From Tubiluchus corallicola (taxonomy: Eukaryota > Animalia > Priapulida), in assembly GCA_030141605.1 (NCBI GenBank), contig JAQGDQ010000017.1:62001-126000 (forward strand): a DNA stretch of 64,000 nucleotides. Direction: 5' to 3'. Position 1 is the first letter of the stretch, and each line of letters opens with the position of its first letter. The notes under the pieces were generated by a model, which was not told the origin of the DNA, searched no databases, and saw only the letters and a program-made list of their open reading frames with translations. Of the stretch, positions 1-10,900 are shown piece after piece. A program made the position numbers and the translations under genes.

Positions 1-283
1 TGCAAAGCACAAGAGCTTAAAGCTAGCGGATGTACAGAACAGAACACACACTGTACTTCGAAAAATTTGGAAGAGGCAGCAGATTTGTAAAATGATTTGT
101 GAAACATTTGAATTAGACTTTTTGTCATTTAATTAAAATCGCACTTAAGATGAATTGCATTTTTATGCTGTCAGTTATTTTTGTTACAAAATTATTTATG
201 CAAAATTGATATAGACATTTGTACCATACCATTAAATATGCAACATAACATGAACAGCTAAAAATAACAAAATGCATACATAC

Positions 284-497
284 CTTTGTCAACTTTCCCA
301 AACAGGCAATCTTCGAGATGTGTTCCGCAATGCTTCACAAACTCCATCATATCAAAATAGAGATCACTGCAGTTTCCCCATTCACACTGAAGTGAAAGCT
401 TCTCCAGCCTTTTTGGTACAACTTTAGTTATGTCCCTCTCAAGGCACCTCTTTTTATTTGGAGGTGCAGTACTTTCTCCACAATCTGAAGTTTCCAT
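284..497 (-). CDS. HINFP: Histone H4 transcription factor (HINFP/MIZF), first coding exon; gene continues beyond the left edge
   Basis: Translation contains LSLQCEWGNCS...FVKHCGTH, matching the first atypical C2H2 finger of HINFP (L.LQCEWG.C...F..H...H). The exon ends at a phase-1 donor AAAG|GTATGT (GT at 283-282); the ORF-track tail GMYAFCYF is intron read-through. Confidence 0.85.
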
Positions 498-774
498 CGT
501 CTTCGGAATCTTAAACGTTGCTATTCAATTTAGCAACAAAAAAGCAGCTAATAAAGGAGAAATATACGTCTAAATACTTATTCGTTCAGAGCTCATGCCA
601 CAGTTGATAGAAATACACCATGCTTCTATGTCCACAGAATATCTGGAGCTTCAAATATATCTGTCTTTCAAAAAAATTGGAAGGTTTATGTGACAAAGAA
701 TGCAAAACAGCAAGAAACAAATTTTGTCACACAAATAACATGCTGACCGTTATTTAGACACAAAAACCTAATTG

Positions 775-1089
775 TCAACGATCTTCATTTTTCTTTGCTT
801 CTTTCATCATCTCAAAGTACTGTTTTGCTTTTATCTTCCTGGGCACAATGTCCTGCAAAAATTCCATGTTTTCGGTCGTGTTCACTACTTCGGCAAAATC
901 TTTGTAATCAATATAATCAGGCTCTTTACTTTTTTGTTGCGTAAGTAGAGCTGCATGTTTTATAAACAGTTCGGTAGCCTTTGCTATAAGAAAACTGGAT
1001 TCTTGGCTGATAGCCGACACTTCAGGAGAACTTTTCATGATAGTACGAACTCTTGAAAGTGGCAAGAAACTCTTGGAAAGATCATCCAT
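775..1089 (-). CDS. CHRAC1: Chromatin accessibility complex protein 1 (CHRAC1/CHRAC15), histone-fold protein, intronless CDS, 104 aa
   Basis: LPLSRVRTIMKSSPEV...AKATELF...EFLQDIVPRKI closely matches CHRAC1 (LPLSRIRVIMKSSPEV...AKATELF...FLADILPKKI) and not POLE4. A splice acceptor TTTTCAG (AG at 1093-1092) lies 2 nt upstream of the ATG. Confidence 0.93.
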   Translation of the reverse strand: MDDLSKSFLPLSRVRTIMKSSPEVSAISQESSFLIAKATELFIKHAALLTQQKSKEPDYIDYKDFAEVVNTTENMEFLQDIVPRKIKAKQYFEMMKEAKKNEDR

Positions 1090-2900
1090 GACTGAAAATT
1101 AATCTAATCATTCATCAGACAGTATGTAGTGTCACTTTGTATGAGATGATAAAGCTCTGTGCACAAGGAATGGCAACATGTAATTCATGATTTGAAGTAC
1201 ATCACACTAAGTACATCGAGATGCTATGTTTATGTCACAGCAATTAAACACTTTATTTGCCTTCTACACAAAAATAAAGCAAATTTCAGGTGTAGCAGTG
1301 TAAATATTTGAAGTAACGTAAATATAATAAAGTTGCAACCAGTGTTAAACTCTACATCTGATTCCTTAAATTAGACTAACTTAGGATACATACTTTCCTA
1401 GAATTCTAGATATAAAACAGACTAGCGAGAATATGCACACACTATCTAGCCAAGAAGGGTTTATTACATATTACAAAAAGGTAGTTCTTGGTGAAGGCAG
1501 TATAGTAAACTTGCACAACTGCCACATTATGATTATATTTCATTACTAAAACTTGTGCTGAACTAAAAAACTTCACTACACATAAAACAAAATCAAAATT
1601 AAGTCCTTGCTACACTTATTAAACATTTAAACATTAGAAAAGATCAGGCAGCTCAATAAGAGTCAAGCAGCTGTTGCAACGGATTTAAAATAACGCAGTG
1701 TCTAACAGCCCGGATGAGAAATATTAAAATAATGGGTCAAGTGCAGTAAAAGTGTACCGTGTGCAAGATTTACATTACATCACCTAGCTGTGATCTAAAA
1801 GTGTAACTGTAGTAACATAGTGATCCTAGTCAGTAGTTGCAGGTATAGGCCTACTTGCTGTGCCAGTGAAACAGCTGCCAGTATGCTAAAGTATTGCTCA
1901 TATACGCAATTGACTTTTATAGCACACTGAAACATTTCAAAAGTTATAGTTTCAAATAAAAAAACAAATCAAATCAATTATTTTTTACTCCAGGCATAAA
2001 AACTAGGCAAAAGGATACAATTTGTAACCAAATTAGATGGGAAAGGGAGATGACGAACTTATGTTATCAAATCAACCACCTTATTCAAGTCACTCATTCA
2101 CTGATCAACCTTGGTGTTGTCTAACTTCAGTTGCAAAGTACACATATGTGGCTATTCACCATGCCTGAAAGGCCAGTTTTATATAGTTAAAATTTAATGC
2201 AACCATTTAATAAGCAGTGCTATAACAAAACAAAAATATGAACGAAGAAGGTACACGTTGAAAGGTTACTAAAGCACAACCGATACACACCGATTTTATA
2301 CTAACATTTTCTAAAAAAACTCTGTTCATTGTCAGCATTTTAAAGGCATTTACAAAATTAATATCTTTCACGCAAATTATTGAATTTATTACCAATTAAC
2401 TTTGAATATATTAGCTCTATTAGCATGACCTTACATACTGCAGGAGCATAATTATCTCAGCCCGTGTATCAGTTGATGACAGACAAAATTTAGCTAGTTG
2501 ATGACCAATAATTTGTAATAAAAATTTATTTTTTTGCCTTCAAAATAACTATCATAGATAGTAAATAACAATGAGTTACAATACAAAGTTTAAAGAAGGG
2601 CGGGATGGCAAAAGACCAAAATGTCATCTAGTCTGCCATCCCTAAATGGTGAGTCTACTAATTTCAGCATGGCGAGTAAATATTATTCGAACAAAATAAA
2701 GAAAAGAATAGGAAAACAGATCAAAATTAAATTAATACTAGTATTATTACTAGCAAACAATTATGGTAAATAAAATAATGCAAATTTACGCAAAACAAAG
2801 TGAAAACAAAATTAGTAAAGCAGAGTTCTATGGGCAAAACTACCTAATTAAAAGCAAAATAGCTAACAAATTAATTTGAAAGAAACAAAGTTGCATGTAC

Positions 2901-3010
2901 CTTAGCCTTAGGACACAACACAAAGAACAGTTTCTCGCTCTTTGCAAGTTGTGAAATAATAATACCTCTCGGGCTTATTTCCCAATAGGGACTACCAAGC
3001 TGCCCAGGCA
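2901..3010 (-). other. Candidate non-coding 5' UTR exon of the CHRAC1/HINFP transcription unit
   Basis: On the minus strand it is bounded by acceptor TTTTATTTTAACGCAG| and donor CTAAG|GTACAT. The CHRAC1 acceptor implies an upstream exon or trans-splicing. No transcript evidence. Confidence 0.35.
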
Positions 3011-4602
3011 CTGCGTTAAAATAAAAATCACATTATTTTTAGTAAGGCAAACCTCACAAATGTTGACTCTACAAGTCAAAAGATGGCCAAGATACTGTAC
3101 TCTCTAGTGATGGAAATGAGTACAACCTTCATTCAGTTTGAACTGCAGCAGATAAATTATAAGATTACTTTTGACAAATGCTTTCTTTCTTACTTCTTCT
3201 TTTTCATTATCTCAAATTAGTCTGGCGAAAACAAGAGATTTTCAAATAATTTTCCAAAACGCAGTCCGAACCAGAAGCACTCATAAACTCGCTTGTAATC
3301 CTTGCGTACGGCCGCAAGCAGTACCAGAAATCACCTGACCCGTGCAGGGTAATAGAAGTTTTTTTCATTCCGTGTTTCTGCGAACAACAAAAAAGTTGCA
3401 ACAGAAAACTCGCTAAGGAGTAAGGATCGACTGTGTTATCATTATTTTTGTTGTCGTCGTCGTCGATGTTGTTGTTGCTGTTACTACTATCATCATTACA
3501 GTAAAACAGTGTCATACTCTACTAATATAATCTTTACACTTTCTTGACTTGGCTTGTAGTTACTATTATTTTAAGAGTTAAACACAATTTTTTGCAAAAT
3601 ATAAAGTACTTATAAAAAAATCAACTTCAAAGTTCAATTTAATGAATGGTATGATGTACCTATCCGTAATAAAAAACAGTAATTTAATCGCAAGTTTATT
3701 GATGGTATGATAATTTTGAAAAATTGTTAAATTCATCGGGTTTCACATAATTTATATATACAATATTATACATTAATCGTTTTTAAATGTAGCAATTAAG
3801 CTTTATGTGTTGTAATTATTTTTGCAAATATTTTTTTTGCATAATAGATAAAAATTCAAAGGACTGTAACAATAGCTGGCAGAAATTTAAAAGTCCATTT
3901 GGCAGAGTCACGGATTACAAAAAAACTTTAAAAAATTAATAAATGTTCAACAGCGTAATTATAGTTAAACGTAATTATTAACGATAATTTTTGGCGGTTT
4001 CAAAATAGATTAAAAAGAATATGGTTGTCAAATCTATGACTGTGGGCCCGATTTTAGACAAGTCACTTCAACTTAATGGCGAACTGCGCTTTCAAAATGC
4101 GCAATGACAAGTACATTTGTTCTCAATAACAGGCCTCGATCATGCTCCGCGGTCGCTTGATTTCATATCTCGGAATCATTAATCTCACATCAATGTTAAG
4201 TATAACATAATTAACATTTAAACTACTACAATAACTGTATGAAAAACAAAACATAGGTCATGGAAAAAGTTGAAGGGGAACTCTGCTATAGAATAGGATT
4301 TTGTCTGCTTGCATTACCTTTTCCCGGAAAAATACTGTAACTGAAATTAAACTACTTACACTTCGACATAAATATGAAAGCCCAGGTTTATTAACAATTG
4401 CCATAAATTCTCCCACGTGTGTTTTAGCTGCAGTTTAGTAGGTTAAATTCTTTTCTTTAAAACTGTAGATTTAGAAGCTCAGAACAGTTACTAAAAATTG
4501 TAGACATTGTTGTTCATGTACTCAATTATAAGTACCAGAAATAGATTAACAATAGCGGAGACTAGATAATGGTACCTATTTACAATGAGTGGGAATAGTT
4601 AA

Positions 4603-5149
4603 AGGAAGGAACAAGCCACTCATTTATTTTACTGTTATCACTTCAACTAATAAGAATATAACAAAGAAACTTGCATAAAACTTTCCATAAAGCATAAATA
4701 TAAAATATACTGCCTCTGAATAGAAATTTTCAGGCGTGGTGGTTGCCGCCATTCGTTTGAACATTATAACGTAACTGGGGGACTTCGTGACTTTCCGTAA
4801 GCGCATCGTCTGGCTGTCAGTGTGCGCGCAATGCTTAAACTAATTCAAACTTCTGCAGCTTACGTAATATTCATGCAAAAATTTGAGAAAAATCAGCTAT
4901 CTGTTTTTTGTAAAAACTTCTTATACTTTTGACGAAGATTTACAGTGAACTATTTTTCTTCAGGACGAATGACGTCATTGGAAGAAGAATGGGCGTTCAA
5001 ACGGGAGCGCCCATGCATGAAGTGGACGCGATTTTAGAGTGATTTTTCTAATTACATGAAACGTTTTTTGTAGTTTTATTACTAGATCCTTATAACATTT
5101 TTGCGAAGGTAGAAATAAGCCTAACTTTCCAGAAGACTTGGCCTTTCCT
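4603..5149. mobile_element. Non-autonomous Kolobok-like DNA transposon (MITE), 547 bp
   Basis: Flanked by TTAA on both sides (4599-4602, 5150-5153). Imperfect TIRs AGGAAGGAACAAG / CTTGGCCTTTCCT (10 of 13 match). CpG-richer interior with no long ORF. Confidence 0.6.
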
Positions 5150-5998
5150 TTAACAATATATTTTAGTAATTAAAATTACAATGCAGTAAGACACAGCAAC
5201 GGCAAAACAAATCTGGCGACCATTTCAGTGCCTCTCCTACGGGTTGGAACTGGCTTGTTGAGACACTTTTTTCTGCTGAAATTTCACTGTTACTTAGCTT
5301 TTTAGGCGGGTCGTCACAGATCTCACATTCTCTCACGACATTTATTAACTAAACCAAACTTCATCTTTCGTCCACCACATTTCACAGTCACAGATCCAAC
5401 GTTTTCCTAAAATTAATAAAATAAACTAAATTAATAAAATTAAACTAACACTAAAATATTCACGAATTTCTAACGTTCAGCCATCAACGATCACAAGGAC
5501 AATGGCGACAACGGCCAGGACAACCACAATACCACAATGATAACAACATACAGTAATAATGTCTAAAGCAGCAACAACGATAAATTTCGTGATTCATACT
5601 GTTTGAAATTTCGTTGCAAACTGTTTGACGACGACGTTGATGTACACGTATAGACGGCTATTAGACGCTCTCCACAAAATCTGCTATCAGACAATTTTGT
5701 ATGAAGCAACTTTTGTATGGGTAATCTCGATCTGTGCTCATTTACTGGAAGGACACATGACAAATTGCTTTTATTTGGTCTCCTCTGGCTTTGCCCTGTG
5801 CAGACTGTTTTTACCGACCGAACTCACATTTAATTAAAGTTTCCTCAAACTGCAGGATCAAGTTACCTTCGTCTCGAGACTCGTAAAATATTACTTTTAT
5901 GCCCGATAGGTTACAGCACAGCTCAGTCTCAGAAAGATCAGTTAGCCGTGCAGCACATTGCAAGATTGCAAAATTTGGAGAACTTTTTGCTGAACGTC

Positions 5999-6038
5999 AA
6001 CACACCACAAGCGGTTATTTACCGCTTTGCTTTATATA
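5999..6038 (+). promoter_or_regulatory. snRNA-type promoter of U3: PSE-like element plus TATA box
   Basis: ACACCACAAGCGG at about -60 to -48 (the PSE position) and TATATA at 6033-6038 (-29 to -24) relative to the U3 5' end. Confidence 0.55.
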
Positions 6039-6061
6039 CCACAGAGTGATTATCAACAGAC

Positions 6062-6283
6062 AAGACCATACTTTTAAGGATCATTTCTATAGTATGTGTC
6101 GCAAGAGGTTCAGACAAAACTGAACACCAGAACAAACCACGATGACGAGGTGGAGCTTTCCTCTCTGAGCGTGAAGCAGATTGTAGCTGTCGCTGCTTGC
6201 GGTGACTTGGCTGCGATCATTGATGACCGTTCTTTCTCTTCCTTTGTGGAGAGATGGAGGAGGGGAAGGCATTCCGAGTGGTT
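6062..6283 (+). ncRNA. U3: U3 small nucleolar RNA
   Basis: 5' AAGACCATACTTTTAAGGATCATTTCTATAGT (GAC, A' and A boxes); box C' GATGA 6141-6145; box B GAGCGTGAAGC 6167-6177; box C TGATGA 6221-6226; box D position CCGA 6274-6277; terminal stem AACCAC (6135-6140) / GTGGTT (6278-6283); length about 222 nt. Confidence 0.96.
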
Positions 6284-6569
6284 TCCTTTTTACAAACATA
6301 AAGTCATAGCCTATTGTGATGGGTTAGTTCCAGGCAACTGCTAGGGGGGTGTTCAGGGCATTTTCCTTTTTATACAATAAAATGTTATTAAAGACGAGAT
6401 CAAATACTGATTTAGGAAGTAGCCCAATAATCCTGTTAAAAGGCTGCGCAGCTTCAAATTGCTGAAATATACAGTATTTCCTCGCAGCCATTAAAATAGC
6501 AAGCAAAAAATGTCTAATTAGAGGATAATAATGCATAAATGCACTGTTGTCCAAAAAACTGGAGCTATT

Positions 6570-7930
6570 TGTTTATTATTTATTTTATACACCACGAGAA
6601 TTTCCATAGTAACTTTCAATTTCACCAACTTATCCCCATAATAAACAAATACTGTGCAACATAAGTACATTTATAAATGTAATTTTCGTTAATTCCACAA
6701 AATTAAGATACAATTCGTAAATTCTGTGCTAGAGACCTAAGAAGCAAGCCTATGTTAGGCCACTAGAATTAGTCGCGAGAAAGAAAGAAAAAAATTAACA
6801 ACACATTGCTTATAGTTAGTGTGAGTTACAGTGGGCGTTAGTACTATTTCATAATTACGATGTAAGGTGATGTAATGATAAATGTTTTAACACCTTCGCT
6901 AAGCATTTGTGGAGGGGGCAACACTTCAATGGAGATGGAGACTATATGGTAATGTGAACTGCAGATATACAGATGGGAACTAATAACTATATTATTATCC
7001 TAGAGGGTAAGTTGTTGAAAATGAAAAACAAAGTTATGATTGAGTGATCAGTTATATATTTCAAGTAAGTATGATTTATATAATTTTTTAAATATGGACA
7101 GTGACCAGGCATTTTTTAAAGCTGGAGCAATTGAATTCCATATGTAAGGGCCACTGTATTTAACAGAAAGTTTTCTAACATATTTGTGATGCCCTGTATG
7201 TAGTGATAGTTAAGTCTATATTGTGTATTATAATTATGTATTTCAGCATTCAAATCAAAATTATTAGTAAAAAAGTGTAGCAATAACTTTTTGAGTGAAT
7301 TAGTACACAAAAAGGCGGTTTGGAACTTGTTAATGTCATAAATGTTTAGAAAGTATAGTCTTTTAAATATTGGTGGCGTGTGGTCCTGATAACTGGCAAA
7401 TGGCATAGCTCACACTATTTTTTTTCTGAATCAGTTGAACTTTTTTCAATCTACTGGTCCATGTGCTTGCCAAAATAATGTTTGAATTATTAAGATATAG
7501 TAAAAAAAGAGAACTATATAATAATGTAAGTACTGATTTAGGCAGTATGTGTCTAACTCTGTTACTCTGTATATAGTACCTACGGTATTGAAGATTTTGC
7601 TTTCGATAAATTCAAGGTGTTCTTGCTAAGTTAAGTGTTCTTCTATGATGATGCCTATGAACGTAGAGGGTTTTACTTTATTTATTGAGACTTCATCGAT
7701 TTTTACTACGAGATTACTAGTGATTCTTTTGTTTTTGCTTGCGAATACAATGATTTTGTTTTTTTCAATATTGAGTAATAACTTATTTGCTTTAAACCAG
7801 GTGAAAAGGTGTACAAACTCTTGGTTAATAGTCTACCATTGTTTCGTAGTTTGCGTGACTATAGAATACGTTGGTATCATCAGCAAGTAAAATGAAGTCT
7901 AGCAGAGTGGAAACATTATGGAGATCATAC
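6570..7930 (-). mobile_element. 5'-truncated, decayed non-LTR retrotransposon (CR1/L2/Crack-like), RT C-terminal half and 3' UTR
   Basis: Minus strand reads DLHNVSTLLDFILLADDTNVFYS (RT FADD motif, about 7860-7925) and HTPPIFKRLYFLNIYDINKFQ...IHNYNT (7116-7406), typical of the ORF2 C-terminus in this group. Frameshifted. The 3' boundary is approximate. Confidence 0.82.
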
Positions 7931-10900
7931 GGGGGGTAAGTAGCTGGTAGAATAACAGGATTAGTTCATAGATGGCATCACCTAATTAAAGTGTACAATT
8001 ACAACTTCCACACGGCATACAATAAAAAATTATCACTTAGCACAGGAAGGAATTAAATGGAAGAAATGTAAAATATCTCTAGTCTACTTGATATATTGTA
8101 TATATAAAGACAGGAAATTACTATCTGTTTGGAAAGGTTAACACACACATTCAAGAACAATTTGTTGGGAACAAAAGTGACAGCATTAAAGAAACCAGTA
8201 TTTATATCTATATAACTATATAACTATGGGATTATAGGCAGTGAATTAGGTAACGCAACAGAAAGATGTAGGCGCATCCCATCGTCAATCCATTTATTTT
8301 TGTGCTATAGTTTTAAATTTGTTGTAAAAACAAAATATTAGACTATTATTTTTTTTATTAGGGATTATAATTATTTAGCGTCATATTATCCTTGCCATGT
8401 TGTTTTCACTAAAGGCTTATTTGCCTATCTGTCTGTTTCCGTGACAACTTATCTCGCTAATAAAAGCATTCTAGCAACAGGAGCTGTCCTGTGAAGAAAA
8501 TTAGCAACTGGTTTTGTTGACCTGTGAAAAAAATTACACACCTGAACAAACTCGTAAATTGTCAAGGGCCTGACCTCCAGCGCCATTTTGCTAAAAATTT
8601 GTTGACAAAGCAATCTTTATTGTGATGCGTTACAGGCCTATATTTTACAGCGCATAAAACTGCTCTGTCTTTGTAAAAAAGAGAAAGTCTGCATGGTCAT
8701 GGGAAATTCGTTTTCTTTTTTTTGCAACATCCATACCATTTCAGACAAATTGCATTTCGTTATAAGAAAAGGTGGCGAAACTCCTTTATGTGAAACCAGA
8801 CAAGGCCAATTTTGCAGCAATCTTCATCATTAAATTAAAGGGGAAGATAAGGGAATTTTAAAGTATGCCCAAAAAACTTTCCGTACAAAGATATATTACT
8901 AAACATAACGTTGGTACCTATTTGAAAGACTTATGTAACCGGAAAAGAAAATTCTTAATAATTTAAAACATTCGCGTCACTTCTTAAAAGGGCCCCGCAT
9001 CGCCGTCCAACTGCTCACCACAGAGCCACCAAAAATCACATTATTGATCTTACTGACAATGTAAAGTAATTAAACCTTTGTTTAACTAACGAGTGTTTTG
9101 CGGATACTGTGTTACTGCTAACACAAGCACTGTATGCAATAAGACAGCATGCGAGTGATATAAAATATTAAGACCAATTTTTTAAACTTTATTTTTGAAG
9201 AATGCTTTCTCGTGCTTTAATAACTGAATACTCAATAGATTTCCTAGTTGACGCGTGCGTGGTAATAATGTAATCACCGTTCTCTTAGTTGTAAAAGTTT
9301 AGACTGCGTCCAGGTATACGGACGACCACAATGATAAGTGTCGAAAGTGACAGGTATAGAGATATGTTTGGCAAAAATATCTTGTAAGTACTATGTTATA
9401 TAGCAACTAAGTCAGGTCGTACAAACAAAGGTCTGACCCTACCAAGTTCCGGTACGGACTCCGCAGCACGTGGACTATCATCTGGCGTGACACAAAGCTA
9501 CCCTTAGGTCACACTTATGCGCGGAAAGTGTTAATGTTGCGACATACAGTAAGTGGATTAAGCACCCGCCCATACAATCTATTGCACACATTTCAAAGAC
9601 GTAAACGCGATAATGCGGACAAGAGACTAGGTCTATTCCTTACATCTTTCTGGTTTGTGATAATATCAAATGCTCAAAAGCACGGCAGGGTGCGGTTCCT
9701 TTCTTGAGTTATTCTTTTCTTAAACTTTATTACGCCCCCTGAGGTTAAATAAAAGCATGGTTATATTTTAATGTGTTACGCGTAAAACATAATATGAATT
9801 ATTGTTCACGTCAGAATTCGTTTAATGGTCTTGTCATAATGATGTAATGATCATAATGACATTAGTGCGGAACACTGCTCTCTTTTCCAGAGATGAAAAT
9901 TAAAGAACTGCAAATCTCCGTAGAAACATTGCACACACAACTACAGCATTCACCTTCAGTAAAGAAAACTGTCATAAAAAAGAAAACAAATTCGTGAAGC
10001 TACTACTGAGTTGCACTGGAAAAAGGTTTTCATCAAAAAAATCGAAAATGAACTTAAATTTGAACTAGAAACCTCCGGGAAACATTCAGTACCTTGACTA
10101 AATTCAACATCACTGTGATCTTTGTGATCATACGTCTTGACTAACAGCTGACTACAAAAGTCTACAAAGCCAAGTGCTAGTGGTCAGATCCTGGAGCTGC
10201 AATAGCTAGGACCTCAATATGAAGATTGTTACTGGATATCACTTTAATATTTGATTATTTTGTGTTATAATTTTGTTTACATATATGTTTTGTACTGTTG
10301 TACTGGATGGGAGAAAATAAATTACAAATAAACTACTTTTGTTGCAACTCAGTCTCTTTTTTTAAATCCACCCTCAGTCAGCCTTCTTGAAATTTTCAGC
10401 TTTCCCTTTACCATCAAGTTTCGTCTTTTCTAAGTTTAATGATTCTCATCGTTGTAACCAATGATTAATAATCTTGAAATATTATAAATAATTAATTACT
10501 GTATTGTGTGTTTGACTATTTAGGCTTTATTTGTGTTACACTCTGCGCCTGCATGGTATCTAGTACTTTGCAACAAATTCCGTTAAATTAGCATGGAGCT
10601 ACGTAGGGTACGTAGCCAAAAAACTGACAATAATAAATCCATATGAGTTGAGTACTTTCTGCTACACGCAATAACCTATTTAGTTAACCCAGTTTCATGT
10701 AGAAAAAAATATTACTGACACTTTCTAAAACAGCGTTTGATGAACTTCATAACTACCAACTCAGAAGTCAAATAGTAGCTTATTTCTTTACTCTAGCACA
10801 ATTCCAGTCCAAATAATTATCCAAGATGTCAGCTAAAAGTTGTAATTAGAAATGATTGATTGTTAGAAAAACACTGCAGATGCGAATTTTGTTATTACTG

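Noticed and set aside
560-777. Selenocysteine read-through of the CHRAC1 TGA with a SECIS in the gap
   Set aside because: The protein is already full length and no AUGA/AA/GA SECIS stem could be built.
2602-2644. GGGATGGCA/TGCCATCCC hairpin as a structured RNA
   Set aside because: More simply a remnant of TAGGGATG-type hAT termini; too short to call.
3011-3193. H/ACA snoRNA in the candidate leader intron
   Set aside because: Small hairpins and an ACATTT are present, but the two-hairpin, H-box geometry is not met.
4124-4753. Spliced small protein MAATTTPENFYSE... on the minus strand
   Set aside because: The start lies inside the Kolobok-like MITE, it needs a weak non-canonical donor, and the product resembles nothing I recognise.
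5899-6344. ORF-track ORFs overlapping 5899-6344
   Set aside because: They overlap the U3 snoRNA and its promoter and have no protein-like features.
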